Assembly (NCBI RefSeq): GCF_001194135.2
Contig: NC_069002.1
Span: forward strand, 1,184,865 to 1,248,864
Length of the DNA stretch: 64,000 bases
Direction: 5' to 3'
Source: Octopus bimaculoides
Lineage: Eukaryota
Both the position numbers and the translations under genes were made by a program. The notes below the pieces were generated by a model. It saw only the letters and a program-made list of their open reading frames with translations, searched no databases and had not been told where the DNA came from. This document shows, piece after piece, positions 1 to 11,536 of the stretch; the stretch's first letter is position 1; every line of letters begins with the position of its first letter.

Positions 1-36
<36 letters not shown>

Positions 37-295
37 TGCATTTCCGTGTTTATATGAATTTTTTACTTCCTGAAAAAGAAGGAGAGTCTGTGACCATGAA
101 CTTTGGAAGCCCTTCGAGACCTGCGATCCGGATCCGGCTCATATGTGCGCAGATATGTGTGTGTATGCGTGTGTGTGTGTGTGTGTATGTGTGTATGTGT
201 GTATGCATATGCACATATGTTTGTATGTATGTATGTGTATATATCTTTCATTTAATACGCATATTTAGAGTTCTCTCTCTTTCTTACTATATACT

Positions 296-299
296 AATT

Positions 300-330
<31 letters not shown>

Positions 331-360
331 CGATGACGAAAATGACGATGACGACGACGA

Positions 361-391
<31 letters not shown>

Positions 392-446
392 AAGAAGAAG
401 AAGAAGAAGAAGAAGAAGAAGAAGAAGAAGAAGAAGAAGAAGAAGA
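296..446. repeat. (GAT)n then (GAA)n microsatellite; the GAA tract is the 3' tail of the adjacent minus-strand SINE
   Basis: Direct read; (GAA)n ends at AATCCTTTCT, the family A 3' end seen at 24736. Confidence 0.9.
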
Positions 447-595
447 ATCCTTTCTGCCATATGTTCAAGGCATTGAATTTTGTTGGGTGGGGAAGAAGTG
501 GATCAGATGGATTTCTATGGCCATCTAGTATTTACTTCATCGCCCCAGGAAGGATCAAGGGCAAATTCGTCGCCGGCGACATTTGAACTCCGAAC
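446..595 (-). mobile_element. SINE family A, degenerate, 5'-truncated
   Basis: Aligns by eye to the family A copies at 24736 and 41643 (ATTTGAACTC B box, AAGGAT..GGCAAA core). Confidence 0.6.
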
Positions 596-1271
596 ACTAT
601 GGCGGAAAAACAAATTTTTATAGTACACCTACAAATGTTTCTTTAAGAAATCATATTCTGACGTAAGAGCATGCAAGTTGGTATAGAATATGGTCGTGCA
701 AAATCCTTTCTGTTCTTACTGCTCATTAACCAGCGCCTTTCATATAAATATATTCAATTTTTTTTATTACAGCTTGTAACACCATCATTGTTATTAAGTC
801 CGTTTCTCTTAATCATAGGCTAATTACTCGACAATTGAGCAAACAGTACGATGCACAATTTGGCTAGATTACTCCTTTCATACACAAATAAAATAGTTTT
901 CTAACAGCAAATCTTTAACACACATTCTTTTGCTGTTATTTAATAGAGCGGTCAAACTGGTAAAATTGTAAATATTAATCGTTATTGCTTCCTCTGGGTA
1001 TTTTAATAGGCGATAAATGTTATTTCCTAAAATGAAAACGCCAAAAGTATTAGACCTATATCACACATTAGAAGTGTGAAATGGTGTTGAGGGAAACGCT
1101 GATGATTTTACCAAAACAATAACGAAAAGCTTGAGCAACAACTTTTGATAAATGCTGGGATCGATGATAAAAATAATTGGAAATTTACTGAGTTTCAAGT
1201 AGGAGAATTACATCGCACCACCACATAACGTTTTCTTCCATAAATTTAACCATTGTTATTTCATTAGCTCT

Positions 1272-1545
1272 AGACGAACCAAGGAACACTCACTCAATCG
1301 GCTTAGACGCAAGAGGATCTCGAACTTATCCTCAAGTCAAAAAACTTTCGGCGCCACAGCCCCCTATTACGACGCGGCATAGTCGTTCAGTGCGTTTAAG
1401 GACCGCATCTCCGATATGTTGGGCTCTAGCACTCATAAAAGGAAGCGCCACCGGAACGTCGTTTGGTTTGCTCCATCCTTCTCACTCAACGTCAAGACTT
1501 GAGTGAGAAGAATATTCCTCAGGTTAGTATAGACACACACTTCAC
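1272..1545 (+). mobile_element. Penelope-like element ORF remnant (RT thumb/linker region), pseudogenized
   Basis: One frame reads KRISNLSSSQKTFGATAPYYDAA*..KRKRHRNVVWFAPSFSLNVKT*VRRIFLRLV, matching the recalled PLE motif KRxRNIIWFNPPFSxNVKTNxGRxFLxL; in-frame stops. Confidence 0.7.
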
Positions 1546-1869
1546 GCAGACATACACATACTCACGTACATATACACACAATTCTTCCTATATTTTCCTC
1601 TTTCTCTGTTTTTCTACTTTTTACTACACTACATTATTTCAGATCATTTCGTTCAGAGATCCTTTCCTTGATCAGCAAAATTTGCGAAACTGAATAAAAT
1701 CAGAGAGTAATTTCAACATTAGAAAAATATTTACACGTCGATTAATTTTTTCTTGGTACCATATATATATATATATATACACACACATATGTGTGTGTCA
1801 CTATATATATAATATATATATGTATGTATATTTCAAAATTTCCATAGGTAAATCTGTACATACATGTAT

Positions 1870-1925
<56 letters not shown>

Positions 1926-2617
1926 CACACACATACATGTATACATACATATATGTGCATGTGTGTGTGTGTGTGTGTCTGTGTCTGTGTGTACATACAC
2001 ACACAAGCAAAATTAAATTACGAAATCAAAGTGAAAATTAATATAAACCTTTTAGTAATAAACACCCAGTCACCCCACGTACACCTACGAAAAGATTAAA
2101 TAAAACATAAATAATTAATTGAAATAATATTTATCCTACCCGTTGATACACATAGCAATATATACCTTCATCCACACGCCCAAACTCATGTCTATACTTA
2201 AGCTTAAACCTATACATTTAGTTTTTCTTATATATTTGAAAATTAATACTGAAACGCATCGCTCCGTGCCCACTTTTACGTCCCACTCCACCAAAACGTG
2301 ACAGCAATATAAGATGTGTAATCTTAAACATGAAATTACCAGAAAATACTGTTGATTCTAAATACAGGGAATTATAGAAATGAAATATTAATTTGGAGGG
2401 GAGGGGGCAATAATTTTACTTGGGGCGTCTATGTATGGGTGTAGGTAGGTATTGATGTGCGTTTCAGATTTTCATTTCGCAGCCATGTGGGTCCGGGTTC
2501 GATCTTAGATGCTGACCTTTCGGCAAGTATTTGCTACTGTATATTTTGGTTGACTAATGCCTTATCAAATGAATTTTCACAAATGGATACTAAGTTTCTA
2601 GTGGTAATATTTATCCT

Positions 2618-2756
2618 CAATATTCCACCGAGGTCGACTTTGACCTTCATCCTTTCGGGGTCGATAAATTAAGTACCAGTTGTGTACTGGGGTCGATCTA
2701 ATCGACTGGGCCGCTCCCCCCAAATTTCGGGCCTTGTGCCTAGAGTAGAAAAGAAT
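2618..2756 (+). mobile_element. SINE family A, 3' two-thirds, low divergence
   Basis: GAGGTCGACTTTGACCTTCATCCTTTCGGGGTCGATAAATTAAGTACCAG core, ends GTGCCTAGAGTAGAAAAGAAT. Confidence 0.85.
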
Positions 2757-2870
2757 ATTTATCCCCACCTGAATGTGAGTGCTATGTTAAAAGATGCTAT
2801 ACTGCGGTAGTTGCCATCAGGGAGATTATCATATTGGCTTTTTGGTGCAAAATGCACGCTTGTCTATATC

Positions 2871-2969
2871 GCTATATAGAAGAGGACGCTTGCCCAAGGT
2901 GTCATGCAGTGAGACTGAACCCAGAATGATATGGTTGGGAAGCAAGTTTCTTACCACACGGCCACGCCT
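2871..2969 (-). mobile_element. SINE family B, tRNA-like head
   Basis: Reverse complement has A box TGGCCGTGTGG, B box GGGTTCAGTCTC, then GACACCTTGGGCAAG. Confidence 0.8.
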
Positions 2970-3415
2970 TTCACGTCTGACGTTTCATTCTAGATTTCAA
3001 GTCGTAGTCCTACTCCTACGTCCCCTTCTGCAACGTTTTTCACTTCTATTTGAACGGTCAATTCACTACGACTCGAATTCTCTTTTGAAGCACATATATA
3101 CATGGTGGACCTTTCGCTGTCCTGCTCAAATTTTCACGCTCGTATGCGGCAATGAGAGACCTTTATTTTCATAATTTCCATGTTTACGTGGACATGAAAG
3201 GATTCATTGGAAACGAAACCAGTTAAGATTGCACTGTCGGATTTTAGAAAGTGAAGTCTTGGGTTCCTTATAAAGACAGGAATTCATTCCATCACGATAA
3301 GTTCATATCCTCTTAGGCCTATCATAAATTTTCTGTTCTAATTTTTAATTTAAGTAAAACTGTTTTCTGAAAACAATATTTTATTATATTTTAAAAATTA
3401 TACTAATTTTATTTA

Positions 3416-3637
3416 TTGGTTTTAAATTTTGGCACAAGGCCAGCAAATTCAGAGCAGGGGGTAAATACTTACATCGGATCGACCGCCAATACTCGGCTAG
3501 TACTTATTTTATCGACCCCAGAGAGAATGAAACACCTTAGTCAATCTCAGCAGAATTTTAACTTAGAGCGTAAAGACGAACGAAACGCCGCTAAGCATTT
3601 TATCCGGCGTGCTAACGATTCTGCCAACTTCCACCTT
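3416..3637 (-). mobile_element. SINE family A, near full length
   Basis: Head GGTGGAAGTTGGCAGAATCGTTAGCACGCCGG through 3' GTGCCAAAATTTAAAACCAAT. Confidence 0.8.
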
Positions 3638-4480
3638 TATCTGTTTATTTATTTATTTAGATTGAGAACAAATAAAGAAAAAGACGCTCATAATGGATTA
3701 AATTCAACCTCGGTGATATCTTACTGGTACATACCTCAGTTCCCAGGAGGCTTGAAGAAGCAAATTAAGAATAGATTAAGACATAAGCGGCCTCGGTAAT
3801 AGTATAAGTGGTGCTGGTGTTGGTGGTGGTTGTCATGGTGAGGTAGAATAACAAGATCATATTCTTTTGTATTGTTTGCTCTTGTTTTCGTTTCTTGTTT
3901 GATTTCGCCGTGAAAACAAGAACAAAAGTGTTTCTTTGTCTTGTATTTTTATGTGTTGCTTTGTTTTATTGCTTATATTTTTTGTACTCTTTTTATTGTG
4001 GTTGTTGTTGTTGCTTTTGTTTTTGGTGGTGGAGGTGATGATGGTGGCGGCTTCTTTCGTACGAGGCATACGTTCAAATTGTGGCGGAAATCGTGGAAGA
4101 CAAGGGAGACGGAGAGGTGTTGATGACGATGATGATGATGATGATGATGCTGGGNNNNNNNNNNNNNNNNNNNNNNNNNNNNNNNNNNNNNNNNNNNNNN
4201 NNNNNNNNNNNNNNNNNNNNNNNNNNNNNNNNNNNNNNNNNNNNNNNNNNNNNNNNNNNNNNNNNNNNNNNNNNNNNNNNNNNNNNNNNNNNNNNNNNNN
4301 NNNNNNNNNNNNNNNNNNNNNNNNNNNNNNNNNNNNNNNNNNNNNNNNNNNNNNNNNNNNNNNNNNNNNNNNNNNNNNNNNNNNNNNNNNNNNNNNNNNN
4401 NNNNNNNNNNNNNNNNNNNNNNNNNNNNNNNNNNNNNNNNNNNNNNNNNNNNNNNNNNNNNNNNNNNNNNNNNNNNNNNN

Positions 4481-4521
<41 letters not shown>

Positions 4522-4827
4522 ATGGTGGCGAGGAACAATGGTCGTTAATATGATGATGACGATGATGATGATGGCGATGAGAGGGGTAATGATATTGGTA
4601 AATATTAGCTACTTGTGGTGGTGGCGGTGGTAGTGGTGACGAATGTCGTGTCCGTAGCAGCGACGGTATTGGTTCCAGTGGCGAGTAATGATTGGTCAGG
4701 TAGTAGTAGCACTAGCCCTAGTTGTTGCTGTTGTAGTTGTCATAATGGTGGTGATGGTGGTGGTAGTGGTGGTGAAGACTTTTTCCGTGGTGTTAATTGT
4801 CAAACGCAAACCAAAAAAAAAAAAAAA

Positions 4828-4877
4828 AAAATGGCGGCAGTGTCTGGCCGACAACACTAAGTCACGTGACTAGTGTT
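4828..4877 (+). promoter_or_regulatory. YY1-type motif AAAATGGCGGC plus palindromic E-box GTCACGTGAC inside a 25-bp near-perfect palindrome
   Basis: Motifs read directly; function is inferred. Confidence 0.35.
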
Positions 4878-5443
4878 TATACTAGAGGCAATTTTACAGC
4901 CCTTTACACTGTTCCGACATGCAATTAACTAGAGACGACAGGAAAAAAAAAATTTACTTTTTTTGTAAAATCATTAACCCTGTGCCACCCACTTCAACAC
5001 TGGAACGCCCCAATTCCACCCCTCACTTCCCTCTTTTTATTGCCACTTATTCCTCTCCTCGGCCTCTTTCACTTTTGCCGCTGTTCTTTATTATTTTCCT
5101 AACCTCGTCTATTCTAGTTCGGCGCTCCGGCTTATTTGTTTACGCTTTGTTTTAATAATTTTTTGTTTTTCAAATCTCTTTCCCCGCTTGTTTTTTTTTT
5201 TCTTTCTTATTACTGTTTTGCCTGAAGATTTTGTTGGTGTTGCTGTTCTGTTGGGTGCTGTTAGTATAGTTGTTGTTGTTGCTGTTGTTTTTGTTTTCGT
5301 TGTGCGTTTGAAGAAGTGAGAACGTGGAAGAGAAAGAGTAGAAAGTGTAGAATAGAGAGGGGGAAAGAGAGAGGAAGTAGGAGATGAATCGAAGAGCAGA
5401 AGAAAGCGAAGGAGAGAGGAAGAGAAAGTGACAGAAGCACACG

Positions 5444-5449
<6 letters not shown>

Positions 5450-5500
<51 letters not shown>

Positions 5501-5659
5501 GGGATAGAGAGATTGGCATAAAGAGAGAGAAAAGTGGCATAAACACAGTAAGGGTGTCAGAAGTAGTGAGAAATAGAGAGAGAGAGAGAGAGAGAGAGAG
5601 ATAAAGGAAAGAAGAGAAAAGGTGAGTGGAAGAGAAGGGGTATCATAAATACAGCACAA

Positions 5660-5696
<37 letters not shown>

Positions 5697-6032
5697 GAGA
5701 GCGAGAGAGAGAGAGAGAGAGGCGGGAAGGGAGAAAGAAAGAGAACGAGATAGTGGGGTGGAGAGGGAGAAAGAAAAAGAGGGAGAGAGAGAGAGAGGGA
5801 GAAAGAAAAGGAGCGAGAGAGATAGAGAGGGAGAGAGAGAAGGAGAAAGAAAGCGAGCCGGATAGATAAAGACAGACAGACAGACAGACAGACACAAAGA
5901 GTGATATGTGTTCAGGGAGGGGGGATAAAGAATGGATCTGAAGTAAACAGAGACAACGAGAAGATGAGACTGTGGGAGAGAAATGAAAAGTGATAAAGGA
6001 GAAAGAAAGAGAGAAAATAGTGAGAGAAAGGG

Positions 6033-6077
<45 letters not shown>

Positions 6078-6090
6078 GGAGAGAGAGAGA
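5450..6090. repeat. Compound (GA)n / purine-rich low-complexity tract
   Basis: Direct read. Confidence 0.95.
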
Positions 6091-6098
6091 GTAAGTAA

Positions 6099-6316
6099 GG
6101 CGACGAGCTCGTATGACCGTTAGCACGCCGGGCAAAACGCTTACCGGTATTTCGTACGTCGTTTAGTTCTGGGTTCAAATCCTACCGTGGTCGACTTTGC
6201 GTTTCATCCCGTCAGAGTCGAATAAATAAGTGCCAGTTGAACACTGAGGTCAAGGCAATCGATTTACTCTCCCCACCCCCCGAATTGCTGGCTTAGTGCC
6301 AAAATTTAAAACCAAT
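6099..6316 (+). mobile_element. SINE family A, full length
   Basis: GGCGACGAGCTCG head, GGGTTCAAATCC B box, GTCGACTTTGCGTTTCATCC core, 3' GTGCCAAAATTTAAAACCAAT. Confidence 0.85.
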
Positions 6317-6389
6317 ATCTTTCTTCATGGATAATGCCTGATTAGGTTGGAGATTTGTAATCTGTTATGAATACATTAAACAGAATACT

Positions 6390-6739
6390 ACCGAAACATT
6401 TGTCGAGAATTTAAAACTTCCTTCGTCTGTAATTCTTTAAACGTACTCCGCATCAAGCGTTCAGCGAGGAATTGGTTCATTGGTAAAGAACTGGCATTGA
6501 CAAGTACCTGACAATAATATCCAGTCGGTATAATTAAAGCCTTTATGTTGTTGGATAATATACCAATTAGTGGTATCCTACAAAGTGATGCGCCGCCATT
6601 CTTAATGTATCCTTTGAACAAATATACATATATATATATACATACATCCCTAGGATATGTAACACATAACCTAACTACCAATCTTGAGAAATTTGGCATC
6701 TCAAAACCAGAAAGGAGGAAGCTCAGCCGTCTCCGACAT
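6390..6739 (-). mobile_element. Possible Gypsy LTR-retrotransposon gag N-terminal remnant
   Basis: MSETAELPPFWF*DAKF resembles the recalled gag motif LPPFWxxDPxxWF; downstream frames give only weak matches; stops and a TA insertion. Confidence 0.35.
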
Positions 6740-6784
6740 CTCTCTCCTCATTGATACCCTCGATCAATTTAAACTTGTTCTTGG

Positions 6785-6840
<56 letters not shown>

Positions 6841-7939
6841 ACCACAAGCATACCTACATATATAAACACGTATAAACATGCATACATAGACGTGTACAGT
6901 ATTTGACTCCGGGTTTCTATATTCATGTGTGTGCGTGTGTGAATTGTATGTGCGTGTGTGTGCACCTCTGTGTGTGTATACATATATGTGCAATTAATTT
7001 CTTACATATATATACACTTCTCTCTTTCTTTCCCCCTTTCTCTATATATGTTTATATAGTCATATACATACGTATATATATGTATATATGTATATATATA
7101 TGCGCGTGCGTGTGCATGTATGTATGTATGTATGTATATATATATATATATCTATATATATATACAAAACAGATGTTTGTGAAGGTAAGGAAAATTATTG
7201 ACTTAATATCTATCAAAATATTTAAGTTATTAAAAAAGGACAAAAAGCGCAACTTAAAAAAAAACTGGTTAGATGTTAGGGAATTAATCGAGTCCTTTAA
7301 AATTAATCATTATGATTAATTTCATGTATAATTGAGAGAAATTAATCTATTAAATTATTAATACAGATTATTTATTACTTCATAAGATTAGACCAAACTT
7401 TCTGGCATTTATGTTAATGTTTCTGTGTGTGTGTATATATATAAATATATATATGTTATATATGTACAGACACATATACACCCCCACAAATTTATATAGA
7501 TATTGGTCTGATTATGGTCTCTGCTAGTGTATATGTTTTCATTCACTGCGTTAATTACAGCATTAGAGCGTCTAGCAATGTCAGTGCTTTCTAAGGGTCT
7601 AGCTGCATTTAGCGACATTTGTGATTCTCCTTTTCGGTGGAACATTACAAACTGCTGTTCATATTAATATTATGTGTGTGTGTATTTACGGGAAACGTTT
7701 GGAATTTGTAAATAAAGGTCTTATTCTATTATGCCTGCCCCAGCCTGGTGATGCTGACTGGTGAACCAGGGTCGTTGGGGTTTCCTCGAGTAGTGCCAAT
7801 ATAATGTATGATAAATATAGTAATAATAACAATAATCCTTGGATGGAATTTATAAACGTTTAATGCATCACTACGCGCGTTTCCACCAGTCACATGTCTC
7901 TCCAGATCACAGTCCGTATCCCTGGTATGATTAAAGTGT

Positions 7940-8081
7940 AGTCCGTAGTATCCGTGGGCATCGTGTATATCAACGTCGTGGATTCATTTCTTCAGGCGAT
8001 ATAACATTAATGGATATTATATCGCCCGAAGAAATGAATCCATGAAGTTGATATACACGATGCCCACAGATACTACAGACT
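7940..8081. repeat. 142-bp palindrome (65-bp arms)
   Basis: Arms 7940-8004 and 8017-8081 are reverse complements with 5 mismatches. Confidence 0.95.
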
Positions 8082-8131
8082 TTCTTTCTCTCTCTTTCTT
8101 TCTCTGCCCCTCTCTTTCTCTCTATTTATAA

Positions 8132-8263
8132 ATTATAATTTAGAACAAACAGTAAAAGGCTGTCATTATAGTACTCGGAGTTTCGAATGTCGGAGCGAAG
8201 AGCTACGATACATTCTCCGAGTACTATAATGACAACCTTTTACTGTTTGTTCTAAATTATAAT
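8132..8263. repeat. Inverted repeat, 49-bp arms, 34-nt spacer
   Basis: Arms 8132-8180 and 8215-8263 are reverse complements with 1 mismatch. Confidence 0.95.
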
Positions 8264-8342
8264 ATATATAAATAATCCTCTATTTATCTAATATCGAGGT
8301 CTCGTTCTTTTGTTGCTATTTATTATTATTATTATTATGATT

Positions 8343-8389
<47 letters not shown>

Positions 8390-8458
8390 GTATAGATGTA
8401 TGTACATATACGTATGTATATATGCATATATATATATATATATATGTATTATTTATAT

Positions 8459-8509
<51 letters not shown>

Positions 8510-8585
8510 GAGAGAGAGAGATACATTTATAATTAGATATATACATACATATAGATGCATACATATATATACACACATATATATT

Positions 8586-8619
<34 letters not shown>

Positions 8620-9136
8620 CATACAAGCATAGTGAATGAGAAAAGGAGGGACTAAAACATACACATACGTACATCCATCCTTACGTTCATATACTCACAC
8701 ATACACACTTCTCTAGATGCACCTTTTTACACCTCAGCACGGACACACACACACACACACACACACACAGAACCACGTATGCACACACAAGTGTACACAT
8801 TAACACATCCACAGACTCCCAATAACTGCTCACATCGAGACACTGGCGGAAAGACATCAAAGTGAAGCCTCAGTCGCCAAACGTACTAACTGCACTGTCA
8901 GGTTTTTTCACAAGGTTTTTCCCATCCATTTGCTCAGTACAAAAATAAACTTACAAAACACCGTGATTATTAAAATTTTAATTAGTTTCTTACAATAATT
9001 AAAAAAAAAATATGATAATAATTAAAGAAATAAAAGAAACAAAATTTTAAAAATATATTATATGGCAAAAAGAAATGAAGAAAAAAGAAAATATAATAAT
9101 AAAATAAGAAATATTAAATAATGATAATAATACTGG

Positions 9137-9173
<37 letters not shown>

Positions 9174-10299
9174 CACAACGACGGCGACAACGATGATGAT
9201 GATGATGATGGTGATGATGTCGATGGTGATGATAGTAATAACGATTATGGTGATGGTGGTGTAGTGGTGATGGTGATGATGATGATGCTGGTGGTGGATG
9301 ATGATGAAGATGGTGATGATGAAATAAAAAAAAAAAGAGCAGCCTCTGCCTTGGGAAATCAATTTGTAATGTGGACATCAGCTTTAACAACAAAGTCAGC
9401 AAGTAATTTCTCTCTCTCTCCTTCTCTCTCTCTCTCTCTCTCCTTCTTTCTCTCCCTCTCTCTCTCTCTCTCTCCCTCTTTCTCTCTCTCCCTCTCTCTC
9501 TCTGTTTTTTTTATTTCTTTATATTATTCTGTTTATTGTTTTTGTTTCTCACGTTGATTTATCAAGTCGTTGTTGTTATTGTCATTGTTTTTTTTTCTTT
9601 TTTAATATTAGATTTATTTATTTTCTGTTATGGCGGTGATTGTTGCTGTTAAATTCTGTTTTCTGGATGTTCGTTGATGTCGTTTAGCCCCAGGTCAGCT
9701 CTGATCACGAAATCCTATGATTCAAAGACGTTCCAGTCATGACATCCCGTCTGCCTTTTTTTTTGTTTCTTTGTTTCTTTTTATATTTGCAAGTAAACTC
9801 AGACCAGAACCACATTGTCTCATCTGTCCTTTTCCATAATACTAGTGTGTGATTTAAGGGATATTTTACTGCTATTTCTAGCTGTTGATCTGCTTATACG
9901 TGTGTGACAGAAGCAGCAGTTTTCTGGGTGTTATAATAATGGTTGTCATAGAGTCAGTGGTGATGGTCATGGTGTAGGTTGTGATGGTGCATCAAGCCGT
10001 AGTCGTCGTGGTATGACAATTCTGGTAGTGGTAGCCTCTATGCTAGTTGTAGTAGTTGTAGTAGTATAGGTGGTGGCTGCAGTGGTCTCGGTGGTGGTTG
10101 TAGTCGTATCTATAGAGACAGTAGGGACAGCATGGGCGATTGTATTAGTGGTTATGTGTTTATCTTGTTGCGGTTGTGGCGGTAGTAGTGTTGGTGGTAG
10201 TGTTAATGGTGGTGGTGGTGTTTGCGGTTGTAGTAATCGTTGAGGTGATAGTATCCCTGATGAAAGTGGTGGTAGCGGTGGTAGCTGGTATGCGTGTGT

Positions 10300-10790
10300 C
10301 AGCACGCATGTGCTTGTATGCGTGCGTGCGTGTGTATGTGCGTGTGTATGCGTGTGTATGTGTAGTCGATGGAAGTTCGATTCAGTCGGAAGGTCGTCGG
10401 TGTACATGCATGTGCGTGTTCTAATGTGTTTATGTATATATGCATGTGTGTGGGTATTTATGTGTGCGTGTTTATGTATATGTGTTTGTACATGTATGTG
10501 TCTATATGTGTGTAGGTGTGTGCTTATGTGTGCGAACATTTCGTGTACTCATGTGTGCATTTGAATGCGTGTGTGTGTGTATGTGCACGTGTATGTGTGT
10601 TGGCGTGTATTTGTCTGTGTGTGCGCGCATGCATGTGCGCTTGTATGTGTGTGTATGCACATACTTGAGTGTGTGTACGTATATTTGTATGTGCGCGTGT
10701 GTGTGTGTTTGTGTGTGTACGTGCGTGTATTTGTTTGTGTGTGTGTGTATGCGTGTATTTGTTTGTGTGTGCGCGTGTGTGTGAAAGTAG
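10300..10790. repeat. Degenerate (TG)n-rich array
   Basis: Direct read. Confidence 0.9.
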
Positions 10791-11229
10791 TGATTAGAAG
10801 TTGTACCTGTATTGGTGGGTTAGTTTGGGGTGTCTTGATGTGTTGATCATTTCCCTATTGGCCTCCGACGTTGATGACTGCGTNNNNNNNNNNNNNNNNN
10901 NNNNNNNNNNNNNNNNNNNNNNNNNNNNNNNNNNNNNNNNNNNNNNNNNNNNNNNNNNNNNNNNNNNNNNNNNNNNNNNNNNNNNNNNNNNNNNNNNNNN
11001 NNNNNNNNNNNNNNNNNNNNNNNNNNNNNNNNNNNNNNNNNNNNNNNNNNNNNNNNNNNNNNNNNNNNNNNNNNNNNNNNNNNNNNNNNNNNNNNNNNNN
11101 NNNNNNNNNNNNNNNNNNNNNNNNNNNNNNNNNNNNNNNNNNNNNNNNNNNNNNNNNNNNNNNNNNNNNNNNNNNNNNNNNNNNNNNNNNNNNNNNNNNN
11201 NNNNNNNNNNNNNNNNNNNNGTGTGTGTG

Positions 11230-11408
11230 TGTCTTTGTTTGTTCCCCACCACTGCTTGACAATCGGTGTTGATGTGCCTACGTCCCTGTAACTTAGCGGT
11301 TCGGCAAAAGTGTTCGATAGAATAAGTACTGGGGTCAATTCATTCGGCTAAAATTTCTTCAAAGCGGTGCTCCAGCATGGCCGCAGTCTCACGAGTGAAA
11401 CAAGTAAA
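11230..11408 (+). mobile_element. SINE family B, 3' half
   Basis: CCACTGCTTGACAATCGGTG..AGAATAAGTAC..CCAGCATGGCCGCAGTC; preceded by (GT)n and an N-gap. Confidence 0.85.
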
Positions 11409-11504
11409 TGATGATTTACGTGTGTGTATGTGTGTGTGTGTGATATGTATTGCACATAATATCTCTATATCTATCAATCTTCATCATTATTTTACTTACA
11501 CACA

Positions 11505-11536
<32 letters not shown>

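Noticed and set aside
9967-10539. 190-aa minus-strand ORF
   Set aside because: A (CA)n tract plus (ACC/ACT)n low-complexity DNA
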